Positions 49,665-60,900 of a stretch of 64,000 bases of DNA are shown piece after piece. This DNA comes from Macrostomum lignano (taxonomy: Eukaryota). A program made the position numbers and the translations under genes. How positions within the stretch are numbered: the stretch's first letter is position 1; each line of letters opens with the position of its first letter. Location: the NCBI GenBank assembly GCA_002269645.1, contig NIVC01001346.1, positions 186,001 to 250,000 of the forward strand, read 5' to 3'. The notes beneath the pieces were generated by a model. The model was given only the letters and a program-made list of their open reading frames with translations, did no database searches and was not told the DNA's origin.

Positions 49665-50382
49665 TCCTGTGGCGCCAAACTGAGTGCCTGCAGCACTAAG
49701 ATGAGTGACTGCGGCGCCAAGATGAGTGCCTGTCTGCGGCGCCAAGATGAGTGACTGCGGCGCCAAGATGAGTGACTGCGGCGCCAAGATGAGTGCCTGT
49801 CTGCGGCGCCAAGATGAGTGACTGCGGCGCCAAGATGAGTGCCTGTCTGCGGCGCCAAGATGAGTGACTGCGGCGCCAAGATGAGTGCCTGTCTGCGGCG
49901 CCAAGATGAGTGACTGCGGCGCCAAGATGAGTAACTGCGGCACTAAGACGAGTAACTGCGGCGCCAAGATGAGTGACTGCGGCGCCAAGATGAGTAACTG
50001 CGGCACTAAGATGAGTAACTGCGGCGCCAAGATGAGTGACTGCGGCGCCAAGATGAGTAACTGCGGCGCCAAGATGAGTGCCTGTCTGCGGCGCCAAGAT
50101 GAGTGACTGCGGCGCCAAGATGAGTGACTGCGGCGCCAAGATGAGTGCCTGTCTGCGGCGCCAAGATGAGTGACTGCGGCGCCAAGATGAGTGCCTGTCT
50201 GCGGCGCCAAGATGAGTGACTGCGGCGCCAAGATGAGTAACTGCGGCACTAAGATGAGTAACTGCGGCGCCAAGATGAGTGACTGCGGCGCCAAGATGAG
50301 TAACTGCGGCACTAAGATGAGTAACTGCGGCGCCAAGATGAGTGACTGCGGCGCCAAGATGAGTAACTGCGGCGCCAAACTG
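49665..50382. repeat. 21-bp minisatellite (GCGGCGCCAAGATGAGTGACT)n with 25-bp variants
   Basis: About 33 copies, most with GGCGCCAA. Confidence 0.95.
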
Positions 50383-50982
50383 AGGTAACAACACCGATTC
50401 CCAAAATAATATAGGAGTTTTGTTGCATGTTCCTTCACTGCACATAGTCTATGGCCAAAAGTCCCAAATTTGGGATGCACGGTATGATTTTTGCGTCAGC
50501 AAGTAGCTGTCTTTATTCATGTAACGTAGAGATTGCATATTACGCTCGTAGATCCCATTTTGGGTTTACGAGGATTCATACATATGAAAATACTGTTACA
50601 TGAACACTCAATTCTCAAGTCTCTTCAGGTGGCAAACTCGTATTTTCAATTCCGTGGTTAATCGAGTAAATTGTTTACAGAGTTTGTTACATATTTGCCC
50701 ATTTGCGTGTCGTTTTTTGCTTATATCTGATAAACAGATGATAAATCCTACAAGTAGATCCTCCTGATCTAACTTCCTAGTTACCCCCCCTAGGTGCTCT
50801 TTTGAGGCAGAGTAGTGCATTATGCACTTTCTGAATGTTCATGGCGAGAACTTATGAATTTCTCCAGTTTAAGAATCAAGAATTTTACACCTGCTCTCGT
50901 TGAAGCAGCAATATGGTTCGGAAATCAAGAAAAATCATTTTTACTTTGAATTCAATTTTTACATTAGAAAATTTTCGGAGAG

Positions 50983-51086
50983 TCAGTAGTGGCCTTTGTC
51001 CAGCACCACCAGCTCGTTCCGTTTCGGAGGCTGCGGCTTTCGCAGAACTTGTCCAGATGGGGTGGTCGCTTCTTGAAGCTGCCGTA

Positions 51087-51149
<63 letters not shown>

Positions 51150-54100
51150 TTCCAGCCTGTCTGAGCGAGGCTTCCAGAAAAGTTCTCTGCCGTCGCAGCT
51201 GCACAAGATTAGCATTTTGACATAGTAACTTTGACATCATCATTCAAACTGAGAATCATCATCATTGAGACTGAGAATCATCATCATCATTGAGACTGAG
51301 AATCATCATCATCATTGAGACTGAGAGTCATCATCATTGAGACTGAGAATCATCACAACTGAGACTGAGAATCATCATCATTGAGACTGAGAGTCATCAT
51401 CATTGAGACTGAGAATCATCACAACTGAGACTGAGAATCATCATCATTGAGACTGAGAGTCATCATCATTGAGACTGAGAATCATCACAACTGAGACTGA
51501 GAATCATCATCATTGAGACTGAGAATCATCACAACTGAGACTGAGAATCATCATCATTGAGACTGAGAGTCATCATCATTGAGACTGAGAATCATCACAA
51601 CTGAGACTGAGAATCATCATCATTGATTCTGACTGAGAGTCATCATCATTGAGACTGAGAATCATCACAACTGAGACTGAGAATCACCATCATTGAGACT
51701 GAGAATCATCATCATTGAGACTGAGATTAATCATCATTGAGACTGAGATTAATCATCATTGAGACTGAGAATCAGCACTATTGAGACTGAGAATCATCAT
51801 CTCCCCTCCCCTCACCTGTGTCGGAGGCTCCTCGTAGTCCTGGCTGACAACATAGTGAAAAGTTTTTTCCCGGCCCAACCCAGCGGATCGGAACGACCGT
51901 CCAGCGCTGTCCCTGGTGGACATCGGCGTCGGCGGCGTCGGCTGCTGTCCACCAGCCGCTGCGATGCGGCCAGCTTTGAGGTCCACAATCATGGGCGACT
52001 GTTCGTTGAAGACCCGGTTCAGATTCAGGTCTCTGTTGGCCAGCTCCAGTTTGTACTTTGTCAGCTCTCGCTGCAGTCGCTCGCATTCCTCCTCCAGTTG
52101 GCGCTCCGTCTGTTTTTTTGGTTGTTTGTGAAGGTATTTGACAGGGTAGCGTGTGACCCAGTGGACAACTCAGGAATGGTAGCGGCTGACCCAGTGGACA
52201 ACTCAGGAATGGTAGCGGCTGACCCAGTGAACAACTTAGGAATGGTGGCGGCTGACCCAGTGGACAACTCAGCAATGGTAGCGGCTGACCCAGTGAACAA
52301 CTTAGGAATGGTGGCGGCTGACCCAGTGGACAACTCAGGAATGGTAGCGGCTGACCCAGTGAACAACTTAGGAATGGTGGCGGCTGACCCAGTGGACAAC
52401 TCAGGAATGGTAGCGGCTGACCCAGTGGACAACTCAGGAATGGTAGCGGCTGACCCAGTGGACAACTCAGGAATGGTAGCGGCTGACCCAGTGGACAACT
52501 CAGGAATGGTAGCGGCTGACCCAGTGGACAACTCAGGAATGGTAGCGGCTGACCCAGTGAACAACTTAGGAATGGTGGCGGCTGACCCAGTGGACAACTC
52601 AGGAATGGTAGCGGCTGACCCAGTGAACAACTTAGGAATGGTGGCGGCTGACCCAGTGGACAACTCAGCAATGGTAGCGGCTGACCCAGTGAACAACTTA
52701 GGAATGGTGGCGGCTGACCCAGTGGACAACTCAGGAATGGTAGCGGCTGACCCAGTGAACAACTTAGGAATGGTGGCGGCTGACCCAGTGGACAACTCAG
52801 GAATGGTAGCGGCTGACCCAGTGGACAACTCAGGAATGGTAGCGGCTGACCCAGTGGACAACTCAGGAATGGTAGCGGCTGACCCAGTGGACAACTCAGG
52901 AATGGTAGCGGCTGACCCAGTGAACAACTTAGGAATGGTGGCGGCTGACCCAGTGAACAACTTAGGAAGGGTAGCGGCTGACCCAGTGAACAACTTAGGA
53001 AGGGTAGCGGGTGACTCAGTGAACAACTGGGGAGGGTAGCGGGTGACTCAGTGAACAACTGGGGAGGGTAGCGGGTGACTCAGTGAACAACGTAGGAAGG
53101 GTAGCGGGTGACCCAGTGAACAACTGGGGAGGGTAGCGGGTGACTCAGTGAACAACTTGGGAGGGTAGCGGGTGACTCAGTGAACAACTGGGGAGGGTAG
53201 CGGGTGACCCAGTGAACAACGTAGGAAGGGTAGCAGGTGACCCAGTGAACAACGTAGGAAGGGTAGCGGGTGACCCAGTGAACAACGTAGGAAGGGTAGC
53301 GGGTGACCCAGTGAACAACGTAGGAAGGGTAGCGGTGATCAGTGAGCTTGCGTTCAGAGTGAACTTTTACATATGCTAATGCTCGATCGAGCATCGAATT
53401 TCAGAAAAAAAGGCAATTCAGATATCGAACTGGAGCAGACCTGACTCTGGGCCGCCCTGTCCCCTCGGCCGCCCAGCGGCTGCACCAGCCCCTCGGATAG
53501 GCGCCTGTTGGCGTCGCGCTTCATGGTTCTCAGCTCGTTCTCAATCTGCTTGTTCTTCAGCCGGAGCGCCTCGGCCGCCTTTGCCTGCTCCTCGGCGTAC
53601 GCCTGCAGCTCGCTGCACTCTTTGTTCCACTTCTGTGCCCTCTTCTTGGCCGAGTCCAGCTCCTTGGACAGCTCGTCGGCCACTCGCTCTCGCTCGGCCA
53701 GCTTGTAGGACAGCTTGGCCAGCTTCTCGCGCAGTCCGGCGTTCTCCTCCTCTACCAGGCGGCTCCGTTCGCCTTTCTCGGACAGCTCGAGAGTGACGCT
53801 ACTGCGCATGCTGTCGATCTCTCGGCCAGCCTCTTCTAGCATCTTCTTCATCTGGTCGCGGCTCTCCCGCAGCCTGGCAAGCTGCGCGTCTCGGTCGGCC
53901 AGTTTCCGTTCGAGTTTTGTCCGCTGTTCGTCGAATTCCCGCCGGCGTTTAGCCAGGTCATCGTCCAGACGCTTCGCCGTTTCTTCCCTGTCGCGAGCCA
54001 GCAGCTCCTGGGCCTCCAGACGCTCGGCGGCGTCCTTCCGAGTGAGTTCGAGCTCGCTCTCGTAGGCCGAGCGGACGGCTGCCAGCTCGCACTCGCGCTC

Positions 54101-54199
54101 GTGCTGCCGTTTGAACAGCATGTGCACCACCTGGGTGAGCTCGGCGATCTTCTTCGAGACCCGGTACTCGAAGCTCAGCCTCGGCTCGTTTAGATTCAT
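50983..54199 (-). CDS. FAM184: FAM184-like coiled-coil protein, 3 exons (54199-53441, 52109-51816, 51198-50983), about 422 aa, with Q20 tract
   Basis: N-terminal FEYRVSKKIAELTQVVHMLFKRQHERE and C-terminal YKLELANRDLNLNRVFN resemble the conserved FAM184A/B termini; long E/K/R/L coiled coil; all junctions are phase-0 GT-AG. Confidence 0.8.
51088..51147 (-). repeat. CAA(CAG)18CAA polyglutamine tract in the last FAM184-like exon
   Basis: 18 uninterrupted CTG on + (51091-51144) flanked by TTG. Confidence 0.95.
51240..51800. repeat. 22-bp minisatellite (GAGACTGAGAATCATCATCATT)n, FAM184-like intron 2
   Basis: About 25 copies filling the intron. Confidence 0.94.
52148..53335. repeat. 33-bp minisatellite (GTAGCGGCTGACCCAGTGGACAACTCAGGAATG)n, FAM184-like intron 1
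   Basis: About 36 copies; explains ORFs 51759-53039, 51778-53058 and 52061-53026. Confidence 0.96.
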
Positions 54200-54689
54200 G
54201 CCGAGGCAACCTGAGTGCTGAGTGCAGTTTGAAGTTGCACTGCAGTCTTGCATACACAGTGTAGCTGTCTGCTGCATTAATATTCACAACTGAGAGCGCC
54301 GTCCTCTCCTCTCTGAAACATCAATAGGTGGCGACCCTTGCCTGCAGTGCAACAATAGCCTGTCTGCATCTCCAGAATTAATTGTACGCGCTTCACGTTG
54401 CGTCGCAACCCCCCCCTCCCCTCCGCGTCTTTTACGAAGGCTTCTTGCGCAGCTCGTAGCACGTAACAATTGAGAAAGCTGGCCATTTCTTATCGCAGAT
54501 TTTTCAGAGCCGACGAAAGGGCTTGAGAATTTCGCTCGCCATTTCTGGCGGCTACTGGCGAGGGGCGTCTGCAGTGTCTCTCTGTTTTTTTAATTGCCAA
54601 TTGGCTACTTGAACAAATAAGCACATCGAGAGACATATATTTCCCCGAGTCTCTGCAGGTGCGTAGAAATGAGTACATTTACTCTCATA

Positions 54690-55440
54690 TGTGACTGTAC
54701 ATAATTGTACACAGCAGACATGAGTACCTGCACACTCATGTGACTGTACATGATTGTACACAGCAGACATGAGTACCTGCACACTCATGTGACTGTACAT
54801 GCTTGTACACAGCAGACATGAGTACCTGCACACTCATGTGACTGTACATGATTGTACACAGCAGACATGAGTACCTGCACACTCATGTGACTGTACATGA
54901 TTGTACACAGCAGACATGAGTACCTGCGCACTCATGGGACTTACATGATTGTACACAGCAGACATGAGTACCTGCACACTCATGTGACTGTACATGCTTG
55001 TACACAGCAGACATGAGTACCTGCACACTCATGTGACTGTACATGATTGTACACAGCAGACATGAGTACCTGCACACTCATGTGACTGTACATGATTGTA
55101 CACAGCAGACATGAGTACCTGCACACTCATGGGACTATAAATGATTATACACAGCAGACATGAGTACCTGCACACTCATGGGACTGTACATGATTGTACA
55201 CAGCAGACATGAGTACCTGCGCACTCATGGGACTGTACATGATTGTACACAGCAGACATGAGTACCTGCACACTCATGTGACTGTACATGATTGTACACA
55301 GCAGACATGAGTACATGCGCACTCATGGGACTGTACATGATTGTACACAGCAGACATGAGTACATGCGCACTCATGGGACTGTACATGATTGTACACAGC
55401 AGACATGAGTACATGCGCACTCATGGGACTGTACATGATT
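54690..55440. repeat. 49-bp minisatellite (ATGTGACTGTACATGATTGTACACAGCAGACATGAGTACCTGCACACTC)n
   Basis: About 15 copies; period of 49 seen at 54721 and 54770. Confidence 0.95.
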
Positions 55441-55749
55441 ACACGTAAAACATTCCCAATAGGAATTTGGATATTAAATTATAACAAAGAAGAAATATTT
55501 TACTGCAGCACTCGGAAAACAATTGCTTTCGGTGTCGGGGCTTCGGACACTCCAAATGGATTTCTATTTAGATGTTCTTTTGCTATTATGAGATACATAA
55601 AGTTCGATTGCTTATTTTTCAAGTTTCAAAGTGCTCATTTTGGAGAAAAACGAAACTCGTTGGAATGTAGGAGAGCTGTGAAGTCTCTCTCGACTGTCTC
55701 TCTCGCCGCAGCAGCCCGCCTCATCCGAGCTATTGAGTAATCCAGATTG

Positions 55750-56784
55750 TTATTTTCCAATAAACTCGGACAGCCGTTTCTGAGCGCTCGGTTGGCTTCG
55801 CCTGTCCAGATAGGCGGACACCCGTTTACGGAACTCGTTCACAATGCGCCTCAGCGCTGAGTCGGCGCCTTCGTTGTTGCTGTCGGCTCCATCCCGGACG
55901 AGGAGCACCACGGGCAGCTCCGCGCGGTTCAGGCCCGCTTTGGACTGCACCGAGCTGTCCGAACCATCCGGGTCCGCCAGCAGCCCATCTGGAGTCGTTT
56001 GAAAGGAATGGCTGATATTGTAGCGTTTGAATAGTAGTGTTAGATATTAGTTAGTAGTATATTGATTTTCATTTATGATGTGCCACTTAAGACCGGCAAC
56101 TTTTATCTGCATTAGCACAATTTTAAAATAATTCTAATATCTAATTCTAACCTGTTAATCTGTTTGTTAGATTTGTTTATCTATTTGTTAGATTTGTTTA
56201 TGTGATTGTTAAATTTGTTAATTTGATTGTTATATATGTTTATCTAGTTGTTAGATTTGTTTGTCTGGTTGTTAGATTTGTTCATTCGGTTGTTAGATTT
56301 GTTTATCAGGTTGTTAAATTAGTTTATCTGAATGTTAAATTAGTTTATGTAATTTTTAGATTTGTTTATCTGATTGTTTGATTTATTAATCTGGTTGTTA
56401 GATTTTTTAATATGATTGTTAAATTTGTTTATCTGAATGTTAAATTTGTTTACGTAATTTTTAGATTTGTTTATCTAATCCGTGTATTTGTTATTTGTTT
56501 GAATGGTAGTAGTTAAGAAAATTCTCAGCACAAAAAATGGATAGAGTTAAAAAGATTCCTGATACTAAAAACAACAACACGAGATTAAAATACTCGTACG
56601 AGCCTGTGTCTACCTGGAATGTCACCTTGGTACTGGGCGGCGCTTATCAGCTGCAGCAGCAGGTAAAATCCCAGAACTAAAGCCAGTAGGGAGCTTCGCG
56701 TGGACACTGAAAAATGAATGGAAATTTAATTACAAATTTTAACTTTTCGGGATCAACACAGACCGACACAGCGGCTCACTTACT
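55750..56784 (-). CDS. Secreted neuropeptide precursor, 110 aa, predicted to yield LSEFI-amide (TRH/EFLamide-like)
   Basis: Exons: A at 56784 (donor GTAAGT), 56706-56614, 55988-55750. Product MSTRSSLLALVLGFYLLLQLISAAQYQGDIPDGLLADPDGS...SALRR-IVNEF-RKR-VSAYLD-RR-SQPSAQ-KR-LSEFI-GK*: hydrophobic signal peptide, acidic spacer, basic cleavage sites and Gly amide donor. In-frame TGA 11 codons upstream of the ATG. Confidence 0.82.
56155..56480. repeat. Degenerate about 20-bp AT-rich tandem repeat (TTGTTAGATTTGTTTATCTG)n
   Basis: About 16 diverged copies in the prepropeptide intron. Confidence 0.8.
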
Positions 56785-56884
56785 GGTTAGGATTTGGAAA
56801 TTTCGGTAGTAGAAAGATCAGCAGTTGGTCTTCTCTTTTGATTCAACTCCGATAGATGCCGAAGTCGAAGTCTGGAAAGCCTTC

Positions 56885-56920
56885 ATTTATATTTACGATT
56901 CCTCAGCTACACTGATTGGC
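56885..56920 (-). promoter_or_regulatory. CCAAT box plus TATA box, putative core promoter of the prepropeptide gene
   Basis: Minus-strand GCCAATCAG (56920-56912, NF-Y consensus) and TATAAAT (56891-56885), about 100 nt upstream of the first donor. Confidence 0.5.
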
Positions 56921-57469
56921 CAATGCAGCTTTGTGTCTATCCAATAGAGTTAATGTCCTCATACAGTTACTGCATACGGCTTCACAACCGCCCACACCTG
57001 TTGAACTGGCCAAATAAGGACTTGTACAAGACGATCTTTCTTTAGCACAGGGTTTGTCGGAAAAATAAATTAACAAACAGGACACAAAAGCATTGTTTGT
57101 GCTGGGCTGTCTATGCCTAAATGTATTAATTATATGTATTTTAGAGTCACGTGACAACACACCAAGGTAAATCGAGTTAAATTTCGGTATTAGAATAAAA
57201 TTACTTGAACTAATTAATAGAGGCACAACATGTCAGTTCCTCGAAAACAGTCAATTTAAAATGTACTTCAGTATAAGAACGAGTGTACTTTATAAGTGTA
57301 CTGTAATACGAGCGACATCTCAGTTATAAAATAATGTCATTAGGAAAACTCCATTCGTAAGAGAACGGAGAGCTACAGTGAACCCGAACACCGGACAGCA
57401 AACTCAGCTCAAACTCCCCCTATACGTTACACAGCCGTCTTCTTCAATAGGAACGTTGCTTTGTTTGCC

Positions 57470-57912
57470 CACCTCACTCCTCACCCACCTCACTCCTCAC
57501 CCGCCTCACTCCTCACTCAACTCACTCCTCACCCACCTCACTCCTCACCCGCCTCACTCCTCACCCGCCTCACTCCTCACCCACCTCACTCCTCACCCAC
57601 CTCACTCCTCACCCACCTCACTCTTCACCCGCCTCACTCCTCACTCAACTCACTCCTCACCCACCTCACTCCTCACCCACCTCACTCCTCACCCACCTCA
57701 CTCCTCACCCACCTCACTCCTCACCCACCTCACTCCTCACCCACCTCACTCCTCACTCGCCTCACTCCTCACCCACCTCACGCTTCACCCGTCTCACTCC
57801 TCACCCACCTCACTCCTCACTCGCCTCACTCCTCACCCACCTCACGCTTCACCCGTCTCACTCCTCACCCACCTCACTCCTCTCCCACCTCACTCCTCAC
57901 CCGCCTCACTCT
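57470..57912. repeat. 16-bp minisatellite (CTCACTCCTCACCCAC)n, TRPM 3' region
   Basis: About 27 copies starting about 25 nt after the TRPM stop. Confidence 0.93.
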
Positions 57913-57935
57913 GCACCAATCTCGTGCCCCAGCCC

Positions 57936-60900
57936 TCAAAAGTACGCTCCGTGCTGCTGCGCCACCAGCCGCAGCAGAGTGTTGTGCGACTGTCGCATCA
58001 GCCTCCGATTGGCCACGTCGATCCAGGCAACGCGCTCGCCGCTGCCGCCCTCGCGCAGGCACTCGGTCACAACGTCGTCTTCAAAATTATAATTGAAGTG
58101 TTCGTGCAAATTAACCAAGTCGGTCTCCAGCCAGGCGTTGTCGCCGTTCACCCTGTCGTCGAGCAAGCCGGTGTACACTGTGCTGCAGGCCGCGGCGGTG
58201 ACCGCCTCCTGCTGAATGTGCAGCCGTTTGGCGCCCAGCCTGCCAGCGTCCAGAGCCTCGATGCGCTCCCGCAGCCAGGCCCGCAGCAGGTTCTGCAGGC
58301 CGCACTGGCCAACTGTCGACGAAGAAGCCGATGAAGCTGACACGGAGGCTGGACCGATACAGCTCGGCAGGCAGTGCTTGACGTGATACCACGGCAGCTG
58401 CATGCCGCCCCGACGGTCCAGCACCGCCGCAACCTGCAGCACCGGCCGTCCAGCCTTCTTGGCGATGTTCTGACGATCGTCTCGTCGCCAACGAGTGACG
58501 GCCAAGTGGAGGCAGTGGTTGGGACCCCACAGCGGCAGCCGGTTGCGGTCCGGTGCCCCCGGCTTGCCGCTGGGGTTCATCGGGCGGCCGGCCTCGTCAG
58601 TCACGTAGCTGGGTGGCGGCGGCGGTGGGTGGGGTTCCAACTTCTTGTTGAAATTTGCTTCCAATTTCCGCTTCAAATTACTGACTTAGTTTTAATTAAC
58701 TCAAAGAGGCTCATGTATATTCTATTTATTGATATATTTTGTTTAACTCTGACATCGTCTAAATTCAAAACGAATGACAAATGAGCACTAAAGAAACAGT
58801 CGGTTAAAAATATTAAATTAGCTGATTCCTGTAAAAGTGAAACTGAGTAGCTGCATCTTCTTTTGCTAGCGATGGTGTTGATATTTCTGATTATAAAATT
58901 TAATAACTTCAAATGGTAATCCATCGACACTTCATTCTCAATTATTATAATTGTGAAATACATTCACAATGTAGTCACTACATTTTCTACCATTGTGCAT
59001 TTAAATTTCGCCGCTATGCACAAATTTGGTCTTCGCCAAAAATTTTCAAATGCCCCTGGGACGAAAGTGTCCGATTGCCCCTCGGAAGATATGTTCCAGT
59101 AAGTCTGGGACGTAATGTCCGATTTCCCTGGGACAAAGTGTCACTGTACCACTCGGGACGAAATGTCCGATTTCCCTGGGACAAAGTGTCACTGTACCAC
59201 TCGGGACGAAATGTCTTACCGCCCAGCATGCGAGCCCCTGTGGAACCCGCTGCTCGAGTCGAATCCGTTAAAAGCTCCGGCCGCCTCGGCTCTGTCCGGC
59301 CAGTCGGAGCTGCTCCAGACTTCAGGCATCTCGGCCACTCTGGCCGAGCCGGAGTCCAGCTGGTACGGCACTAGCCTGGCCAGCTGGTGGTGCTGCAGTT
59401 TGCCGCGCCAAACTCGCGGCCGCTGCTCCTCCTCGGTCGAGTCCTCGCTGCCCAGATGGACGCTCAAGTCGTCGTCCACCGCGACCGGCTGCGATGTGGT
59501 CCGGCGATCGCTGCGAGAGCCTCCGGACAGCGTCATGGCCTGGCGACGGGTGCGCTCCTCGGACTGCTCGTACTGGTGCTGGATGATGGTCACCATCTGG
59601 GGGGGGAGGGATCAGAATCCGATCGTGAGCATGCATTTGCGAAGGCTGAGTTTGTAACCAACTGAATAATGCAAGCAGCTATTCAATAGCATTTTGATTC
59701 TTCACAGCAACAGAAAGTCTAGAAATTAGACAAAAAATATACTGAAATAGACCCAACAGTCACAAGAACAGACACAACAGACACTAGAACAGACACACCA
59801 GAGAGACACTAGAACAGACACAACAGACACTAGATCAGACACAACAGACACTAGATCAGACACAACAGTCACTAGAACAGACACAACAGAGAGACACTAG
59901 AACAGACACAACAGAGAGACACTAGAACAGACACAACAGTCACTAGAACAGACACAACAGAGAGACACTAGAACAGACACACCAGAGAGACACTAGAACA
60001 GACACAACAGTCACTAGAACAGACACAACAGTCACTAGAACAGACACAACAGTCACTAGAACAGACACAACAGTCACTAGAACAGACACAACAGACACTA
60101 GAACAGACACAACAGTCACTAGAACAGACACAACAGACACTAGAACAGACACAGCAGACACTAGAACAGACACAACTGTCACTAGAAGAGACACAATAGT
60201 CACTAGAACAGACACAACAGTCACTAGAACAGACACAACAGTCACTAGAACAGACACAACAGAGAGACACTAGAACAGACACAACAGTCACTAGAACAGA
60301 CACAACAGTCACTAGAACAGACACAACAGTCACTAGAACAGACACAACAGTCACTAGAACAGACACAACAGAGAGACACTAGAACAGACACAACAGTCAC
60401 TAGAACAGACACAACAGAGAGACACTAAAACAGACACAACAGACACTAGAACAGACACAACAGTCACTAGAACAGACACAACAGTCACTAGAACAGACAC
60501 AACAGTCACTAGATCAGACACAACAGTCACTAGAACAGACACAACAGAGAGACACTAAAACAGACACAACAGTCACTAGAACAGACACAACAGTCACTAG
60601 AACAGACACAACAGTCACTAGAACAGACACAACAGTCACTAGAACAGACACAACAGAGAGACACTAGAACAGACACAACAGTCACTAGAACAGACACAAC
60701 AGAGAGACACTAAAACAGACACAACAGTCACTAGAACAGACACAACAGTCACTAGAACAGACACAACAGTCACTAGAACAGACACAACAGTCACTAGATC
60801 AGACACAACAGTCACTAGAACAGACACAACAGAGAGACACTAGAACAGACACAACAGTCACTAGAACAGACACAACAGTCACTAGAACAGACACAACAGA

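Noticed and set aside
51759-53058. 426 and 321 aa ORFs from the 33-bp array as part of the FAM184-like protein
   Set aside because: The frame matching the true exon 2 has a stop in each unit; the open frames are out of phase or antisense.
53508-54065. Antisense or alternative-frame ORFs over GC-rich exons (also over BCL7, CLASP and TRPM exons)
   Set aside because: Expected shadow ORFs of high-GC3 coding sequence.
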